A DNA stretch of 63,079 nt, counting the filler, from Stramenopiles sp. TOSAG23-3 (lineage: Eukaryota): assembly GCA_900128585.1 (NCBI GenBank). It is 4 parts of 4 records of this genome, joined end to end, with 100 filler letters (N's around TTAATTAATTAA, not from the genome) between each part and the next. Parts side by side here need not be neighbours in the genome. Positions count along the whole stretch, not along the records: positions 61,098 to 63,079 come from LT645183.1; 3 more parts are not named here. One strand, given 5' to 3'. Position 1 is the first letter of the stretch. Each line of letters starts with the position of its first letter. Position numbers and translations under genes: made by a program. This document shows, in pieces, positions 62,346-63,079 of the stretch. The notes below the pieces were generated by a model, which did no database searches, was not told the origin of the DNA, and worked only from the letters and a program-made list of their open reading frames with translations.

Positions 62346-63077
62346 TCACTCTTGTGAATTTTCCAAATTGTCGTACGCCCCGTTGAATATCAGTAGCATA
62401 CCGCGACTAACAACGCTTGCTTCCTTTCCAATACCGTCTTTTGTTGACAACGATTTGATCAAAGGCACGAATTGCGGAACGCTGCCGATGGGATTACAGG
62501 CACATGATGCAAACGCACGTCGAAGTGAGTGCATGACAATTTTTTCTCTGGGCTTCAAAGCCCTTAAGCATGACTGCAGCGCCCTTTTAACTTGCTCTAC
62601 GGTAAACGTTGACTCCCTCTCTAGGAATTTTTCAGAAAGCGACTCTTTCATCAGCGTATACGTCGTCTCTACAAGGCGCTTTTCCTCGCTAGTAAATGTA
62701 TTGGGGCTGTTGTTATCCCCGCTGCAAAACGCGCCCAAGTACCCAGCCTTCCAAAGTTTCAGTCGCAATTTATTTGCCTCCAAGTAGATGCTCTCTGACT
62801 CTGCATCTCCAACTTTTACCAACCCCAACACGTCGATGTCATCCCTAGTTCTCTTCACTTGGCCGAGCAGGGACGAGCTCGACCCTACTTCGACTACCAA
62901 ACAGCCCGATGGCAAAGCTTCGATGGCCCTTTGGAAACGAACTGGTGAGACAACAGTTTGGGCATGGTAGTGCTCGTCAAAATTTAAAGTGCTGCTGTAC
63001 GTTTTCGCACTTGTAGAAACCCAACTCCTCGGCCCTTTTTTATTGTTCAAAAATGAGGGCCTCCCCTTCCTATTGCC
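62346..63077 (-). CDS. Type I FAS/PKS-like protein, end of the acyltransferase domain plus tail; 5' part lies outside the window
   Basis: PRSWVSTS...YHAQTVVSPVRFQRAIEALP...VVEVG...LL...LGL...LWKAG. Frame is open to the window edge. Confidence 0.7.
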   Translation of the reverse strand, partial: GNRKGRPSFLNNKKGPRSWVSTSAKTYSSTLNFDEHYHAQTVVSPVRFQRAIEALPSGCLVVEVGSSSSLLGQVKRTRDDIDVLGLVKVGDAESESIYLEANKLRLKLWKAGYLGAFCSGDNNSPNTFTSEEKRLVETTYTLMKESLSEKFLERESTFTVEQVKRALQSCLRALKPREKIVMHSLRRAFASCACNPIGSVPQFVPLIKSLSTKDGIGKEASVVSRGMLLIFNGAYDNLENSQE

Positions 63078-63079
63078 CA

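Noticed and set aside
1-63079. Giant-virus or prokaryotic origin suggested by intronless genes and a rhodopsin
   Set aside because: NMD3 and a GRIP golgin share the rhodopsin contig, spacers are long and microsatellite-rich, and I saw no viral hallmark genes or operons.

Overview
Eukaryotic draft assembly made of four unrelated contigs joined by artificial 100-bp N/TTAATTAATTAA linkers: 1-20367, 20468-40804, 40905-60997 and 61098-end. Genes are compact, almost intronless and GC-richer than the AT-rich, microsatellite-filled spacers, and they mostly alternate in orientation. Housekeeping genes (NMD3, HBS1-like, GRIP golgin, USP) show it is cellular. A marine protist, perhaps a stramenopile, is my inference only. 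The main finding is an anion-channelrhodopsin-like gene (27648-28877, TM3 motif S-T-N, Asn at the ChR2 D156 gate site, long cytoplasmic tail). It lies within about 8 kb of a tandem cNMP-binding protein and a cyclic-nucleotide-regulated GYGD K+ channel, a candidate light/cyclic-nucleotide signalling cluster. Also present: a giant DUF1800-DUF1501 fusion, an ankyrin-FYVE-polycystin channel, a group of secreted 'TGATG'-motif proteins, a dispersed repeat confined to tail-to-tail spacers, a DENN gene with two frame breaks, and an uncalled 68-aa gene with a 33-nt intron. All calls are by-eye motif recognition; no searches were run.
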